From positions 4,410,001 through 4,442,000 of the forward strand of contig NC_010546.1 of NCBI RefSeq assembly GCF_000017845.1: a stretch of DNA of 32,000 bases. The letters are read 5' to 3'. Positions within the stretch are counted from its first letter, which is position 1, and the number at the start of each line of letters is the position of its first letter. Origin of the DNA: Crocosphaera subtropica ATCC 51142 (GTDB lineage: Bacteria > Cyanobacteriota > Cyanobacteriia > Cyanobacteriales > Microcystaceae). The notes under the pieces are model-generated. The model did no database searches, was not told the origin of the DNA, and saw nothing but the letters and a program-made list of their open reading frames with translations. Both the position numbers and the translations under genes were made by a program. Positions 16,522-26,097 of the stretch are shown here, in pieces.

Positions 16522-17850
16522 ATGACTTTATCTTCTGTTCGTCCTGCTAAAATTACTACTGTTTTACCTGGTTCTATTGCTGAAGAAGTTGGCTTTGAAG
16601 CAGGGGATGCGATTGTATCTATTAATGGGACCCAACCCCGTGATTTAATTGATTATAATTTTCTGTGTGCTGATGAATTTTTAGAGTTAGAGGTATTAGA
16701 TAGTCAAGGAAAAATTCATTACGTTGAAATTGAAAAAGATTACGATGATAATTTAGGGTTAGAATTTGAAACCGCTTTATTTGATGGCTTAATTCAATGT
16801 AATAATCGTTGTCCTTTTTGTTTTATTGACCAACAACCCCCAGGAAAACGAGATACTTTATATTTGAAGGATGATGATTATCGCTTAAGTTTTCTCTATG
16901 GTAGTTATTTAACCTTAACTAATTTAACCCAAAAAGAATGGCAACGAATCGAGGTGATGCGGTTATCTCCTTTGTTTGTTTCGGTACACGCAACGGAACC
17001 CGACCTTAGAATTAGATTATTGAAAAACGAGCGGGCAGGGTTAATTAAAGAACAGTTTAAATGGTTTCAAGAAAGACGGCTACAAATTCATGCTCAAGTG
17101 GTGGTTTGTCCTGGAATTAATGACGGTGTTCATTTAGAACAAACATTAAAAGATTTATCAGAATTTCATCAAGGAGAAATCCCCACCATTCTATCAGCAG
17201 CCGTGGTTCCTGTGGGGTTAACCAAGTTTCGTCCTACCGAAGATGAATTAATTCCTGTTAGTCAAGAAAAGGCACGACAAGTTATTACACAAGTGCAAAA
17301 TTTACAAAAAGAATTTTATCAAAAATTTAATAGTCATTTTGCTTGGTTGGCCGATGAATGGTTTTTAATTGCACAAGAAGAATTACCCCCAGAATCCCAT
17401 TATGAAGACTATCCCCAAATTGGTAATGGGGTGGGATCAATTCGTCGATTTATTAAAGAATTTCATGACACTGCTAAACAATTATTACCTGAAAAAATAG
17501 ATGAGAAAAAAAGCTTAACTTGGGTAGTGGGTAATGCTGTAGAGAAAGCCTTTCACCCCTTGGTTAAACAGTTAAATAAAGTAGAAAATTTAACCATTAA
17601 TTTAGCGGCTTTAAATAGTGACTATTGGGGACAAGAAATTACAGTAACAGGATTATTAACAGGACAAGATATCATCTCGCAATTAAAAGATAGAGATTTA
17701 GGAGATGGCATTTTATTACCCTCCATTATGTTAAAACAACATGATACCGTTTTTTTAGATGATATGAGTGTTGAAGAAGTCTCTAAAACCTTAAACACTT
17801 CTATTTTTATTGTTGATAGTATTTCTGCTTTGATTACAAATTGTTATTAA
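16522..17850 (+). CDS. DUF512 / TIGR03279-type putative Fe-S radical-SAM-like protein with an N-terminal PDZ domain
   Basis: 442 aa. PDZ-like N-terminus (GSIAEEVGFEAGDAIVSINGTQPRD), CX3CX2C (CNNRCPFCF), then SYLTLTNL and SVHATEP. This layout is widely conserved in cyanobacteria. Confidence 0.8.
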   Translation: MTLSSVRPAKITTVLPGSIAEEVGFEAGDAIVSINGTQPRDLIDYNFLCADEFLELEVLDSQGKIHYVEIEKDYDDNLGLEFETALFDGLIQCNNRCPFCFIDQQPPGKRDTLYLKDDDYRLSFLYGSYLTLTNLTQKEWQRIEVMRLSPLFVSVHATEPDLRIRLLKNERAGLIKEQFKWFQERRLQIHAQVVVCPGINDGVHLEQTLKDLSEFHQGEIPTILSAAVVPVGLTKFRPTEDELIPVSQEKARQVITQVQNLQKEFYQKFNSHFAWLADEWFLIAQEELPPESHYEDYPQIGNGVGSIRRFIKEFHDTAKQLLPEKIDEKKSLTWVVGNAVEKAFHPLVKQLNKVENLTINLAALNSDYWGQEITVTGLLTGQDIISQLKDRDLGDGILLPSIMLKQHDTVFLDDMSVEEVSKTLNTSIFIVDSISALITNCY

Positions 17851-18355
17851 ATCATCATGACTGACAACTATGCACAGTTATTAATCTGATCTTTAGTCAG
17901 TAGGCATGAAAAAATAGAGTCAAAAACGAATAAGATGAAAAACATCCTTAAAACTGCTGCTTTTTTGTGAGATTCTTCGTTTAATTATGCTTACCTAGTT
18001 AATGGTACTGAATACTTTGGGATAATTAGTATAAATATCAGTAAAAATTGACTCATATTCTCTCAAGTTGTTTGGAAAACGTAATTTCCATGTAAGAAAA
18101 AATACTGGTTTTTTAAGGTTAATATTTTAAGTTTTAGGGATTTTCACAGAGGATTCAGTGATAACTTTGATACTCAAAAGGGTATTTTAGAAGTAGAAAC
18201 CACATAGCTTGAATCGGCTGTTGATATCGGTCTGTAAAATCAACGAATAAACAACCTTCTAGAAAAATAGCTTTTGGCAAACTATTCGTATTTATATGGT
18301 TAAACATTTAACCCTAACCCGAAAATCTCAATATTGTTGATAGGTCTTAGTCACT

Positions 18356-19696
18356 ATGATTTTCAAATATTTAACGTTATTACTCTTCTCCAAAAAATAT
18401 CATTCCAATACAGGTTTTGCACTGTTTATGGTTATGATATTGGGAACCGTTGGAACCGTTGCAACAGCAGCTTTGCTGGCACGAAGCAGTAATTTAAGTA
18501 ATAATATCGAAACCTCCATTACCATCGGTCAGCAAAATTTAAGCGTAGCTGAGACAGCAAAAGTTAATCTTCAAGCCTTATTAATTGAACATAATCAATT
18601 ACTTGAATATAATTTAGATGATTGGGGAAAATACTTACAATCTCCTAATTCATCTGAAAAATCCCGTGAGTTTAATCATAATTTACGTTTGTGCGAAAAA
18701 GAAGGGAATTGGAAAAAAACAAAACAGCATATTTTAGACTTAGCCGAACATAATACCATTGATGTACCGATGGGAAAATTTTCTCTCCTCGATTTTCAAC
18801 AAGTTGGTAAGAATCAGATTTTAGCGACAATTAAAACCCAAAATGCACAGGAAAATCAGGCACAATATGAGATAAATATTAGTTTTAGTGATAATTATTT
18901 ATCAAAGCCTGTTCCTGTTTTATGGTTAACAGGAAAAGAACAAATAGGTGGAATTGAAAATGTTCAAGTCAATGGAAATGTTTGGGCAAATAACTGTAGT
19001 TTTCCTGTTGAAAAAGTTAATTTCATGGAAGTTGATGCACATCAGGCAAAATATACAGGAATTAAAATGCCTGACTTACCCGATTTAGAAGGGATTAAAG
19101 AGAGATTACCAGAACATCACTACTTTCCATCAATAGCAGAAGAAGAAGCAACACAAACCCAAGAAGATAATATTTCTCTGAAATTGCCACGATTAGAAGA
19201 TAAACCGACAAAAAAGGAAGGAGAAAAAAATGTCTATGAATATTTAATTAATAATATGGAAAAAATAGATTCATTGATTATTAATTCTGATTTTCAAAGT
19301 GAATCTATGATTATTTTATATGTTCTTGGAGATATTAATATATCTGAAATTGTCCATAAATGCGAATCGTCTAACCCTTGTTCCCCTGAAAATTTAATCA
19401 TTATTGCTTATGAAGAAGCTAAAATGTGTCTAGGATTTGATAATTTAGGAGCTTTTATTATTGCACCTCATTATGAATTAGGACTCAAAACAAACAATCC
19501 TAATCAAGAATATGCTAAATTTACTGGCAGTATTTGGACTGATAAATTGTTAACGACAGGAGATTGTGGAAACGACAAAGTTGAATTTCATGAGGCTTTG
19601 AAATGGGCTAATTTACCCGATGAATTTCAAACCCTTAGTCCTATTCCTAAACTCATTCAAGTTAATTTAAAAGAGTCTATTAAACCTGATGCTTAA
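18356..19696 (+). CDS. hypothetical protein with a PilX_N-like N-terminus
   Basis: 446 aa and AT-rich. The N-terminus GFALFMVMILGTVGTVATAALLARS....QQNLSVAETAKVNLQALL resembles the PilX N-terminal hydrophobic helix plus the AEAG-like segment. I do not recognise the rest. Confidence 0.45.
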   Translation: MIFKYLTLLLFSKKYHSNTGFALFMVMILGTVGTVATAALLARSSNLSNNIETSITIGQQNLSVAETAKVNLQALLIEHNQLLEYNLDDWGKYLQSPNSSEKSREFNHNLRLCEKEGNWKKTKQHILDLAEHNTIDVPMGKFSLLDFQQVGKNQILATIKTQNAQENQAQYEINISFSDNYLSKPVPVLWLTGKEQIGGIENVQVNGNVWANNCSFPVEKVNFMEVDAHQAKYTGIKMPDLPDLEGIKERLPEHHYFPSIAEEEATQTQEDNISLKLPRLEDKPTKKEGEKNVYEYLINNMEKIDSLIINSDFQSESMIILYVLGDINISEIVHKCESSNPCSPENLIIIAYEEAKMCLGFDNLGAFIIAPHYELGLKTNNPNQEYAKFTGSIWTDKLLTTGDCGNDKVEFHEALKWANLPDEFQTLSPIPKLIQVNLKESIKPDA

Positions 19697-19720
19697 GAAA
19701 GTTAAATTGTTATTTTTTCT

Positions 19721-19751
19721 CAACCATAGTATTTAAACTATGGTTGTTTTT
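19721..19751 (+). terminator. rho-independent terminator of the 18356-19696 gene
   Basis: Perfect 10-bp stem caaccatagt / actatggttg with a 6-nt loop, followed by TTTTT. Confidence 0.7.
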
Positions 19752-19754
19752 CCT

Positions 19755-21098
19755 CTAAAGAGAAGATTTATGTTGAGAGAATAAGAGCGGTTTGAAATTA
19801 TAACTAATTCCAGCGATCGCCGATAATAATAACCAACCCATTAAATTCACTCTTAAATCAAAAATACTCACATCTAATAGATTAAAAATAATACACAAAC
19901 CAAAGGCAACTAAATAGGTGAACAACAGTAAAAAACTTTCTTCTTGTTCAGAAAAATTATTTTCTTTTTTGCCTTCTTCTAATTCCGTTAATTCCTGATA
20001 AATTCTAGTCATTAAGATCACAGCTTGACCCAAAATGATGCCCACTAAGCCACTAAACAATAACGTACCAATGATCCCAGTTTCTGCCAAAAACATTAAA
20101 AATAAATTGTGAGGATGACCCATCCAAACGTTCATGGCTTCTTGATAAACAGGAGTAAAATTCCGCAATCCCCACCCCCATAAAGGACGCTGTAACATCA
20201 TGTTCCACGCTACCCCCCATTGAGTGGTTCGTAAGGCAGTTACATAACGATCATCGTACAACTCATCCGTTAATCTTGCCCAAAAATAACTCGGAACAAT
20301 TTCACGCATAACATCTTGATAAACAGGAATCCAAGCAGCCCAAATCACCAGGAAAATCACCAATAAAACACTAAAAATAATCCAATACCAACGTAAATAA
20401 ATAGCAAAAGCCATCAAACTTAATACAGCTAGTCCCCAAGCACTTCTAGAATTGGTTAAAATCAACCCGATACCATTAAATAAAATCCCTACAGTTAGAA
20501 TGAATAATTGCCCATTAATTTGACCATTTTTAATCAAGTGATGACGACGGTAATGTAAAATCCATAAACCAATGGATAAAGTAAACGCTACCACCAAAAA
20601 AAAGGCTAAAGTATTAGCATACATTAACAAAGAAGACATCCTGCCATCGGGATGACCATAGGCAATCATTTTAATGCCAATACGATGTAAAAATAACGGG
20701 GTTTCCCAACCGGCAAATAACTGCATAAACCCCAAAAAACACACAGGAATAGACGTTAAGACTAACCACCAAGCCAGTTGATATAATCGCCTAAAGTTCT
20801 TGAAAAAAAGAGGGAAAGATGCTACCATCAAAAAAGATGGTAAAAAGTTCCCTAACCCTTCCCAACTGTAGCGAGAATGAACCGCAAAAAGGGAAGTCAA
20901 TATTAACCACAGAAAAAGAAGTCCCCAACCCCAGTTAATTGGGTTTTGAACAATTTTTTTATACTTTTGTTGCCATAAACCGATTAGGACAAAACCAAGG
21001 GCAGTGGCCCCGAAAGTAGCCGAAAAAGGAAGAAGACATACCCCAAACTTGAGGGTATTTCCTAACCAATGAACGTTAGTTTTATTCAATTGATTCAT
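19755..21098 (-). CDS. O-antigen ligase / Wzy_C-family polytopic membrane protein
   Basis: About 12 hydrophobic helices and a central loop region (TNSRSAWGLAVLSLMAF) typical of O-antigen-ligase-like proteins. The ATG at 21098 is preferred over the TTG at 21146. Confidence 0.7.
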   Translation of the reverse strand: MNQLNKTNVHWLGNTLKFGVCLLPFSATFGATALGFVLIGLWQQKYKKIVQNPINWGWGLLFLWLILTSLFAVHSRYSWEGLGNFLPSFLMVASFPLFFKNFRRLYQLAWWLVLTSIPVCFLGFMQLFAGWETPLFLHRIGIKMIAYGHPDGRMSSLLMYANTLAFFLVVAFTLSIGLWILHYRRHHLIKNGQINGQLFILTVGILFNGIGLILTNSRSAWGLAVLSLMAFAIYLRWYWIIFSVLLVIFLVIWAAWIPVYQDVMREIVPSYFWARLTDELYDDRYVTALRTTQWGVAWNMMLQRPLWGWGLRNFTPVYQEAMNVWMGHPHNLFLMFLAETGIIGTLLFSGLVGIILGQAVILMTRIYQELTELEEGKKENNFSEQEESFLLLFTYLVAFGLCIIFNLLDVSIFDLRVNLMGWLLLSAIAGISYNFKPLLFSQHKSSL

Positions 21099-21153
21099 TT
21101 TAAAGAAACTGATCTTAATGATTAACTCTTCATTATTAATTGTCAATTAGCCA

Positions 21154-21999
21154 TTAAGCAAGTTCCCAAGCCTCTGTACGGGTTAAGCGAATTTGAGCCA
21201 GGGCAAAGATCACAGGGATAATACGGCCATAGTTAGTGGCGATCGCCCGCCAACCCAAGTCCGCCAAAAACCAACCCCATAACACAGGGCCAACAAAAGA
21301 TAAAACCCCTCTCACCACCCCATAACGGGCTGCTGTTAGGGCCATTCCTCGCCGTGCCGTATTCACTGCCAGTTGGTTAGCCACCGCAGCACCACCGCGA
21401 ATCATCGCTTGCTGAGCCACTTGATAACGGGCAAAATGAAGGGCGAACTGTTGAGCAATATGTTTGAGCAATAACGGTTTAACAATGGAATTAACAGCAA
21501 AAGCACTGCTACCCTTTAATACAAGATTCATAGGATTATGTTGGAGTTGCACTGGCAGAGCATCAGGAATATTAGATTTTGCCAGAGATGCTTGTATCTG
21601 CGTCATTAAGGTATTTTGTTGAGCCGGGGGCAAATTTTTCCAAGCTTTCCCCAATAAATTTAAGAAAATATCCGCTTCAATATCTATGGTAGACATTTCA
21701 TTAGAATAAGGAATTTTCAGGTAGTGACAAACACGAATTAAGGTCTGACGATAACTGAAAGCTTGCGTTTTGCCTTTGAGAACCGTTAACCCATCAGAGG
21801 CCAAAAAACGGAATCTTGCTTCAATTTCATCTAACCACCTATCCCAGTCCTGACTTTGCACTTCTATAGGGTCTGGGGTTTGTAAATAATCAAGAGGATT
21901 AAATTTACGGCAAAAGAGAACTTGAGTTAACTGACGTAATTCCTCTTCTGTTGCCATTTCTAAGGCTGAGCGCAGTTCATCCAAAATCAGTCCCTCCAA
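21154..21999 (-). CDS. YaaW/UPF0174-like protein
   Basis: 281 aa. Colinear resemblance to E. coli YaaW: ATEEELRQLTQVLF, YRQTLIRVCHYLKIPY, EMSTIDIEADIFLNLL and a C-terminal ...YGRIIPVIFALAQIRL. The only start upstream of the conserved N-terminal block is the TTG at 21999, so the start is uncertain. Confidence 0.55.
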   Translation of the reverse strand: MEGLILDELRSALEMATEEELRQLTQVLFCRKFNPLDYLQTPDPIEVQSQDWDRWLDEIEARFRFLASDGLTVLKGKTQAFSYRQTLIRVCHYLKIPYSNEMSTIDIEADIFLNLLGKAWKNLPPAQQNTLMTQIQASLAKSNIPDALPVQLQHNPMNLVLKGSSAFAVNSIVKPLLLKHIAQQFALHFARYQVAQQAMIRGGAAVANQLAVNTARRGMALTAARYGVVRGVLSFVGPVLWGWFLADLGWRAIATNYGRIIPVIFALAQIRLTRTEAWELA

Positions 22000-22292
22000 A
22001 CAGGGTATTGAGTCCTATGGTTTCCCTGATAGCCTATTTAGGTCACGGCTAGGAAATCATCTTTACTATCATATATATCTTAGCTTGTCTTGGGTGTATC
22101 AGAGATTGATAGAATTGACTTGTATCTTAGGGTTTTTGAACACTTTTCTTATGTTTGTACGATGTGATAAAAGAGGTTAAATAAAGCTTATATCAAGCTA
22201 AAAACAAAGGTAAAAATCAAATTTTACCAGTTATTAGTGATTAGTTCTGACTTGTCACTTCTCTTTCAATCAAGTTTAATCTGATAACAGCT

Positions 22293-22370
22293 AAAATCCT
22301 TCTCCCCTGCTCCTCTGCCTCCTCTGCTCCCCCTACTATAAAGTATAATATTTCAAGAGATTTCATATGA
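22293..22370. repeat. half copy, inverted, of the 7741-7875 MITE-like element
   Basis: The reverse complement reads atatgaaatctcttgaaata...gggggagcagaggaggcagaggagcagg...ggatttt. This is colinear with the left ~88 bp of the 7741 element (atatgaaatcctgttgaata...agcagaggaggcagagga...ggattta). Confidence 0.6.
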
Positions 22371-22454
22371 ATTCCTCCCTAAGACTATTCAGAGATCCCC
22401 TCTTCAGACTAAACTAGAAGTTTGCAAAATAACTGTTGATGTAGATTATTGAAA

Positions 22455-23186
22455 ATGGCTGTAGGAAAAATTATCATTGCAGGTAACTGGAAAATGCACA
22501 AAACTCAGGGTGAAGCCCTAGAGTTTTTGACGGTATTAAAATCAAAAGTAGAAGAGACAGATGAAGCCAGAGAAATTGTTCTCTGTGTCCCCTTTACCAC
22601 CTTAAGCATCCTCTCAAAAAGTTTGCACGGAGGAAAAGTTCGTTTAGGGGCCCAAAATATTCACTGGGAAGATAAGGGAGCTTATACCGGTGAAATTTCA
22701 GGCCCGATGTTAACCGAGTTGAGTGTTGATTATGTGGTCATCGGCCATAGCGAACGTCGTCAATATTTTGGAGAAACAGACAAAACTGCCAATTTACGAG
22801 TGATTGCAGCCCAACGTCACGGTTTAACCCCTATCCTCTGCGTAGGAGAAACCAAAGAACAACGGGACGCAGGAGAAGCAGAAAGCGTTATTATTAATCA
22901 ATTACAAAAAGGGTTAGTAGATGTGGATCAAAGCAACTTAGTCATTGCTTACGAACCTATCTGGGCCATTGGTACCGGAGATACCTGTGACGCAACAGAA
23001 GCTAACCGTATTATTCGTGTCATTCGTGATCAATTATCCAATAAAAATGTCACCATTCAATATGGTGGTTCTGTGAAACCGAATAATATTGACGAAATTA
23101 TGGCCCAGTCTGATATTGATGGGGCTTTAGTTGGAGGGGCTAGTTTAGACCCTGTGAGTTTTGCCCGTATTGTTAATTATCAATAA
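22455..23186 (+). CDS. tpiA: triose-phosphate isomerase
   Basis: [17 protein letters not shown] and [11 protein letters not shown] are the catalytic motifs. The ATG at 22455 is preferred over the TTG at 22449. Confidence 0.95.
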   Translation: MAVGKIIIAGNWKMHKTQGEALEFLTVLKSKVEETDEAREIVLCVPFTTLSILSKSLHGGKVRLGAQNIHWEDKGAYTGEISGPMLTELSVDYVVIGHSERRQYFGETDKTANLRVIAAQRHGLTPILCVGETKEQRDAGEAESVIINQLQKGLVDVDQSNLVIAYEPIWAIGTGDTCDATEANRIIRVIRDQLSNKNVTIQYGGSVKPNNIDEIMAQSDIDGALVGGASLDPVSFARIVNYQ

Positions 23187-23198
23187 CCGTTTTAATGG

Positions 23199-23234
23199 GT
23201 AGGGGTTAATGGCCATTAACCCCTACGTTTTTTA
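23199..23234 (+). terminator. rho-independent terminator after tpiA
   Basis: Perfect 28-nt palindrome gtaggggttaatggccattaacccctac followed by GTTTTTT. Confidence 0.7.
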
Positions 23235-23246
23235 GGATGAGCATTA

Positions 23247-24095
23247 ATGATAAAAATGAATCATTTAAGGATTAGAGATACTATTTTTGACTGGGGAAAA
23301 CGTACCTATTTGATGGGAATCTTAAATGTGACTCCCGATAGTTTTAGTGATGGAGGAGATTTTAATAGTCTCGAAACTGCTTTATCTCAAGCTAAAACAA
23401 TGATTCATGGAGGTGCAGATATCATTGATATTGGTGGCCAGTCTACTCGTCCAGGGGCCGAAGAAATAACCCTAGAAGAAGAATTAAAACGAGTCATTCC
23501 TGTCATTAAACGATTACGTCAAGATAGTTCTATTCCTATTTCGATTGATACCACACGATCTATTGTAGCTCAAGCAGCTATTGAAGCAGGAGCGGATATA
23601 GTTAACGATATTTCAGGGGGAAGTTTTGATGAAAAAATGTTTTCAATGGTAGCCAAGTTAGAGGTTCCTATCATTATTATGCACATTCGAGGAACCCCAA
23701 AAACCATGCAACAAAAAACAGATTATAAGGATATAATTCATGAGATTATTGAATGGTTAAATGTTCAAATCAATCAAGCCATTCAAGCAGGTATTAATCA
23801 GCACCACATAATTATTGATCCTGGGATTGGCTTTGCTAAAAATTATCAACAAAATCTAGAATTATTACAAAATTTATCTAAGTTTCATCGTTTAACCTGT
23901 CCTATTTTAGTGGGAGTTTCTCGTAAAAGTTTTATTGGACATATTTTAAACCAAAAAGACCCCAAAAAAAGAGTATGGGGAACCGCAGCAGCTTGTTGTG
24001 GTGCGATCGCTTCTAAAGCCGATATTTTACGAGTCCATGATGTAGCAGAAATGAAAGATGTGGTTCAAGTTGCTGATGAAATTTGGCGGAAATAA
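23247..24095 (+). CDS. folP: dihydropteroate synthase
   Basis: Typical FolP motifs: GILNVTPDSFSDGG, DIGGQSTRPG, SIDT, NDISG, DPGIGFAK and GVSRKSF. An alternative ATG lies at 23256. Confidence 0.93.
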   Translation: MIKMNHLRIRDTIFDWGKRTYLMGILNVTPDSFSDGGDFNSLETALSQAKTMIHGGADIIDIGGQSTRPGAEEITLEEELKRVIPVIKRLRQDSSIPISIDTTRSIVAQAAIEAGADIVNDISGGSFDEKMFSMVAKLEVPIIIMHIRGTPKTMQQKTDYKDIIHEIIEWLNVQINQAIQAGINQHHIIIDPGIGFAKNYQQNLELLQNLSKFHRLTCPILVGVSRKSFIGHILNQKDPKKRVWGTAAACCGAIASKADILRVHDVAEMKDVVQVADEIWRK

Positions 24096-24578
24096 GAGAA
24101 TTGGCATTAGTTAAGTGTAGGAGAATTGTGATTTTGATCGTTAGTAGATTGAATTGATATGACAACTGCTATAAAGAATTGTGAATAAAAGAGACTAATC
24201 TAGGCAGATTCCTAGGGAGTTGCGTTATAAAAATAATGACTAAACGCTTATGAGCAAAAAGCATCTTGTAGGAAAGGCTATCTGTGCATCAATCTCACAG
24301 GACGGAGTAATAGCCTAACCAGAAGAACCTAATGTTACTCATGAGTCCCTAACCAAGATCGGTGCATTTAGCCCTGACCCAATTTTTATCCACTGCATCT
24401 AAAGTGTTGAGAATTTACTGAGCGGACTTTACTCTCTTTTAGACAAGTATACAGAGAGTTAGACGTTGACAAAGAAATATTATTTAGGCAATTGCTCAAC
24501 ACATAAATCCCATAAATAAAGACTTGTTTGATCTGTATTCAGTCCATTAAGAAGATTAATATCCGTTTTTTCACAACT

Positions 24579-26006
24579 ATGTTAACCCAAAATCAACTAT
24601 CAACCCAGAACCCATCAGAATTTACCAACTGGGGAAAAACAATCATCTCTCATCCGAAAATTGTCGTCAAACCCAAGACACTCGATGATTTAATCCTCAT
24701 CATAAGAGATACCCAAACCTATCCTTCCCCCATACGAGCCATCGGCTCTAATCACTCTACCACTCAGTGTGCTGTTGCTGATGGTGGAACGGTGGTCGAT
24801 ATGACTGGCTTTAACCAAATTCTTGAGATTAATACTGAGGCAAAAACAGTTACCGTTCAGGCGGGTGCTTTGTACCTCGATGTCGCTGAAGAACTTCGTA
24901 AACAAGGACTGCAATTTTTTGTCAACGTTGAGTTAGGCAACTTGTCTATGGGCAGTGCAGCCTGTGGGGGAACCAAAGATGCGTCCATGCCTGGGGAATT
25001 TGGCCAAGTTTGTTCCTATGCCATTTCCCTGAAGATGGTAACCCCCCAAGGTAAACCGATTGAAATTAACGAAGAACAACCAGAATTGTTGCGTATTGCT
25101 CGTTCTAGTTACGGTTTGTTGGGTATCGTTTACGAAGTGACCTTTAAGGTCAGGCCAGCCCGTCCTATGGCTTTACGACACAAAGTCTATCAACTAGAAG
25201 AATTTATCTGCGCCCTACCCAACATGATTAATCGACCATTAGAGCAACAAGAATCGATAATGCTTTATTTGTTTCCCTTTCTCGATGAAGTTGCGGTGGA
25301 GTTTCGTCAATATCAAGAAGAAGGGAAAACCTCTGGTTCTCTATTATGGGACTTGCGTAACTGGACTTGGAGCAGTCTCGCCCCTGGTTTATCCTATCTG
25401 TTAACTCGGTTAATGCCCATCAAAACATTTCGCTATGGATTAATTGATCAGTTTAATCAAAAAGTTCAATTGGTCATGGAAAAAATCTTAAAAAATCCAT
25501 CGGGAACCAGTGCCACCGATCAAATTATTCGTTATCCCGATGAATCAGATTGGAAAAAATATACCTTCAGTATTTGGGCCTTTCCTGAAGCTGAATATCC
25601 AGCAATTCTAAGAGCTTATTTTGAATTTTGCCGTAACTATTACAAAGAACAGGGTTATCGTTGCAATATGCTCAATGTTGCCTATCGTATTCTTCAAGAT
25701 GATAGTTCTTTATTTTCCTATTCTTCAGACAGTAACGTTATGACCCTTGATCCCGTTTCCACCGGTGATCCTGGATGGGGCGACTTTATTACAGCTTATA
25801 ACGAGTTTTGTAGTCAGTATGGCGGTGTTCCCTTATTTAATCAGACGAGAGGCATTACCCCACAACAAGTAGAAAAAGCTTTCGGCGATCGCCTTGCTAC
25901 CTTTGAACAGTATCGTCAACAATATGATCCCCACGATCGAATGCTCAATCAGTATTTTCGTGACAGACTCCAAGGAACACTGATCTCCTCACAGCAGAAC
26001 GCTTAA
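24579..26006 (+). CDS. FAD-binding (PCMH/FAD_binding_4) oxidase, sugar-lactone/alditol-oxidase-like
   Basis: N-terminal FAD domain (NWGKTIISHPKIVVKPKTLDDLILII...IRAIGSNHS...VVDMTGFNQILEINTEAKTVTVQAGALYLDV). The C-terminal domain ends YDPHDRMLNQYF, like the ALO/GULO family. The ATG at 24579 is preferred over the TTG at 24528. Confidence 0.75.
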   Translation: MLTQNQLSTQNPSEFTNWGKTIISHPKIVVKPKTLDDLILIIRDTQTYPSPIRAIGSNHSTTQCAVADGGTVVDMTGFNQILEINTEAKTVTVQAGALYLDVAEELRKQGLQFFVNVELGNLSMGSAACGGTKDASMPGEFGQVCSYAISLKMVTPQGKPIEINEEQPELLRIARSSYGLLGIVYEVTFKVRPARPMALRHKVYQLEEFICALPNMINRPLEQQESIMLYLFPFLDEVAVEFRQYQEEGKTSGSLLWDLRNWTWSSLAPGLSYLLTRLMPIKTFRYGLIDQFNQKVQLVMEKILKNPSGTSATDQIIRYPDESDWKKYTFSIWAFPEAEYPAILRAYFEFCRNYYKEQGYRCNMLNVAYRILQDDSSLFSYSSDSNVMTLDPVSTGDPGWGDFITAYNEFCSQYGGVPLFNQTRGITPQQVEKAFGDRLATFEQYRQQYDPHDRMLNQYFRDRLQGTLISSQQNA

Positions 26007-26097
26007 TGTTTATCAAGGCTTAACCCTCAAAGCTTAGTCTACGACCAAGATAGAGTTGAAAAAGCTCATCATTTCATTGTTACAAGACATTCTTCCT

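Noticed and set aside
24296-24330. Resemblance of GGACGGAGTAATAGCC...AGAAGAACC to the cyanobacterial glutamine (glnA RNA) riboswitch core, GGACGGAAGUAGG...AAGGAACG.
   Set aside because: The closing P1 helix (CGUUC/GGAACG equivalent) is absent, several core positions differ, and the downstream gene is not nitrogen-related. I treat it only as an unclassified structured region.
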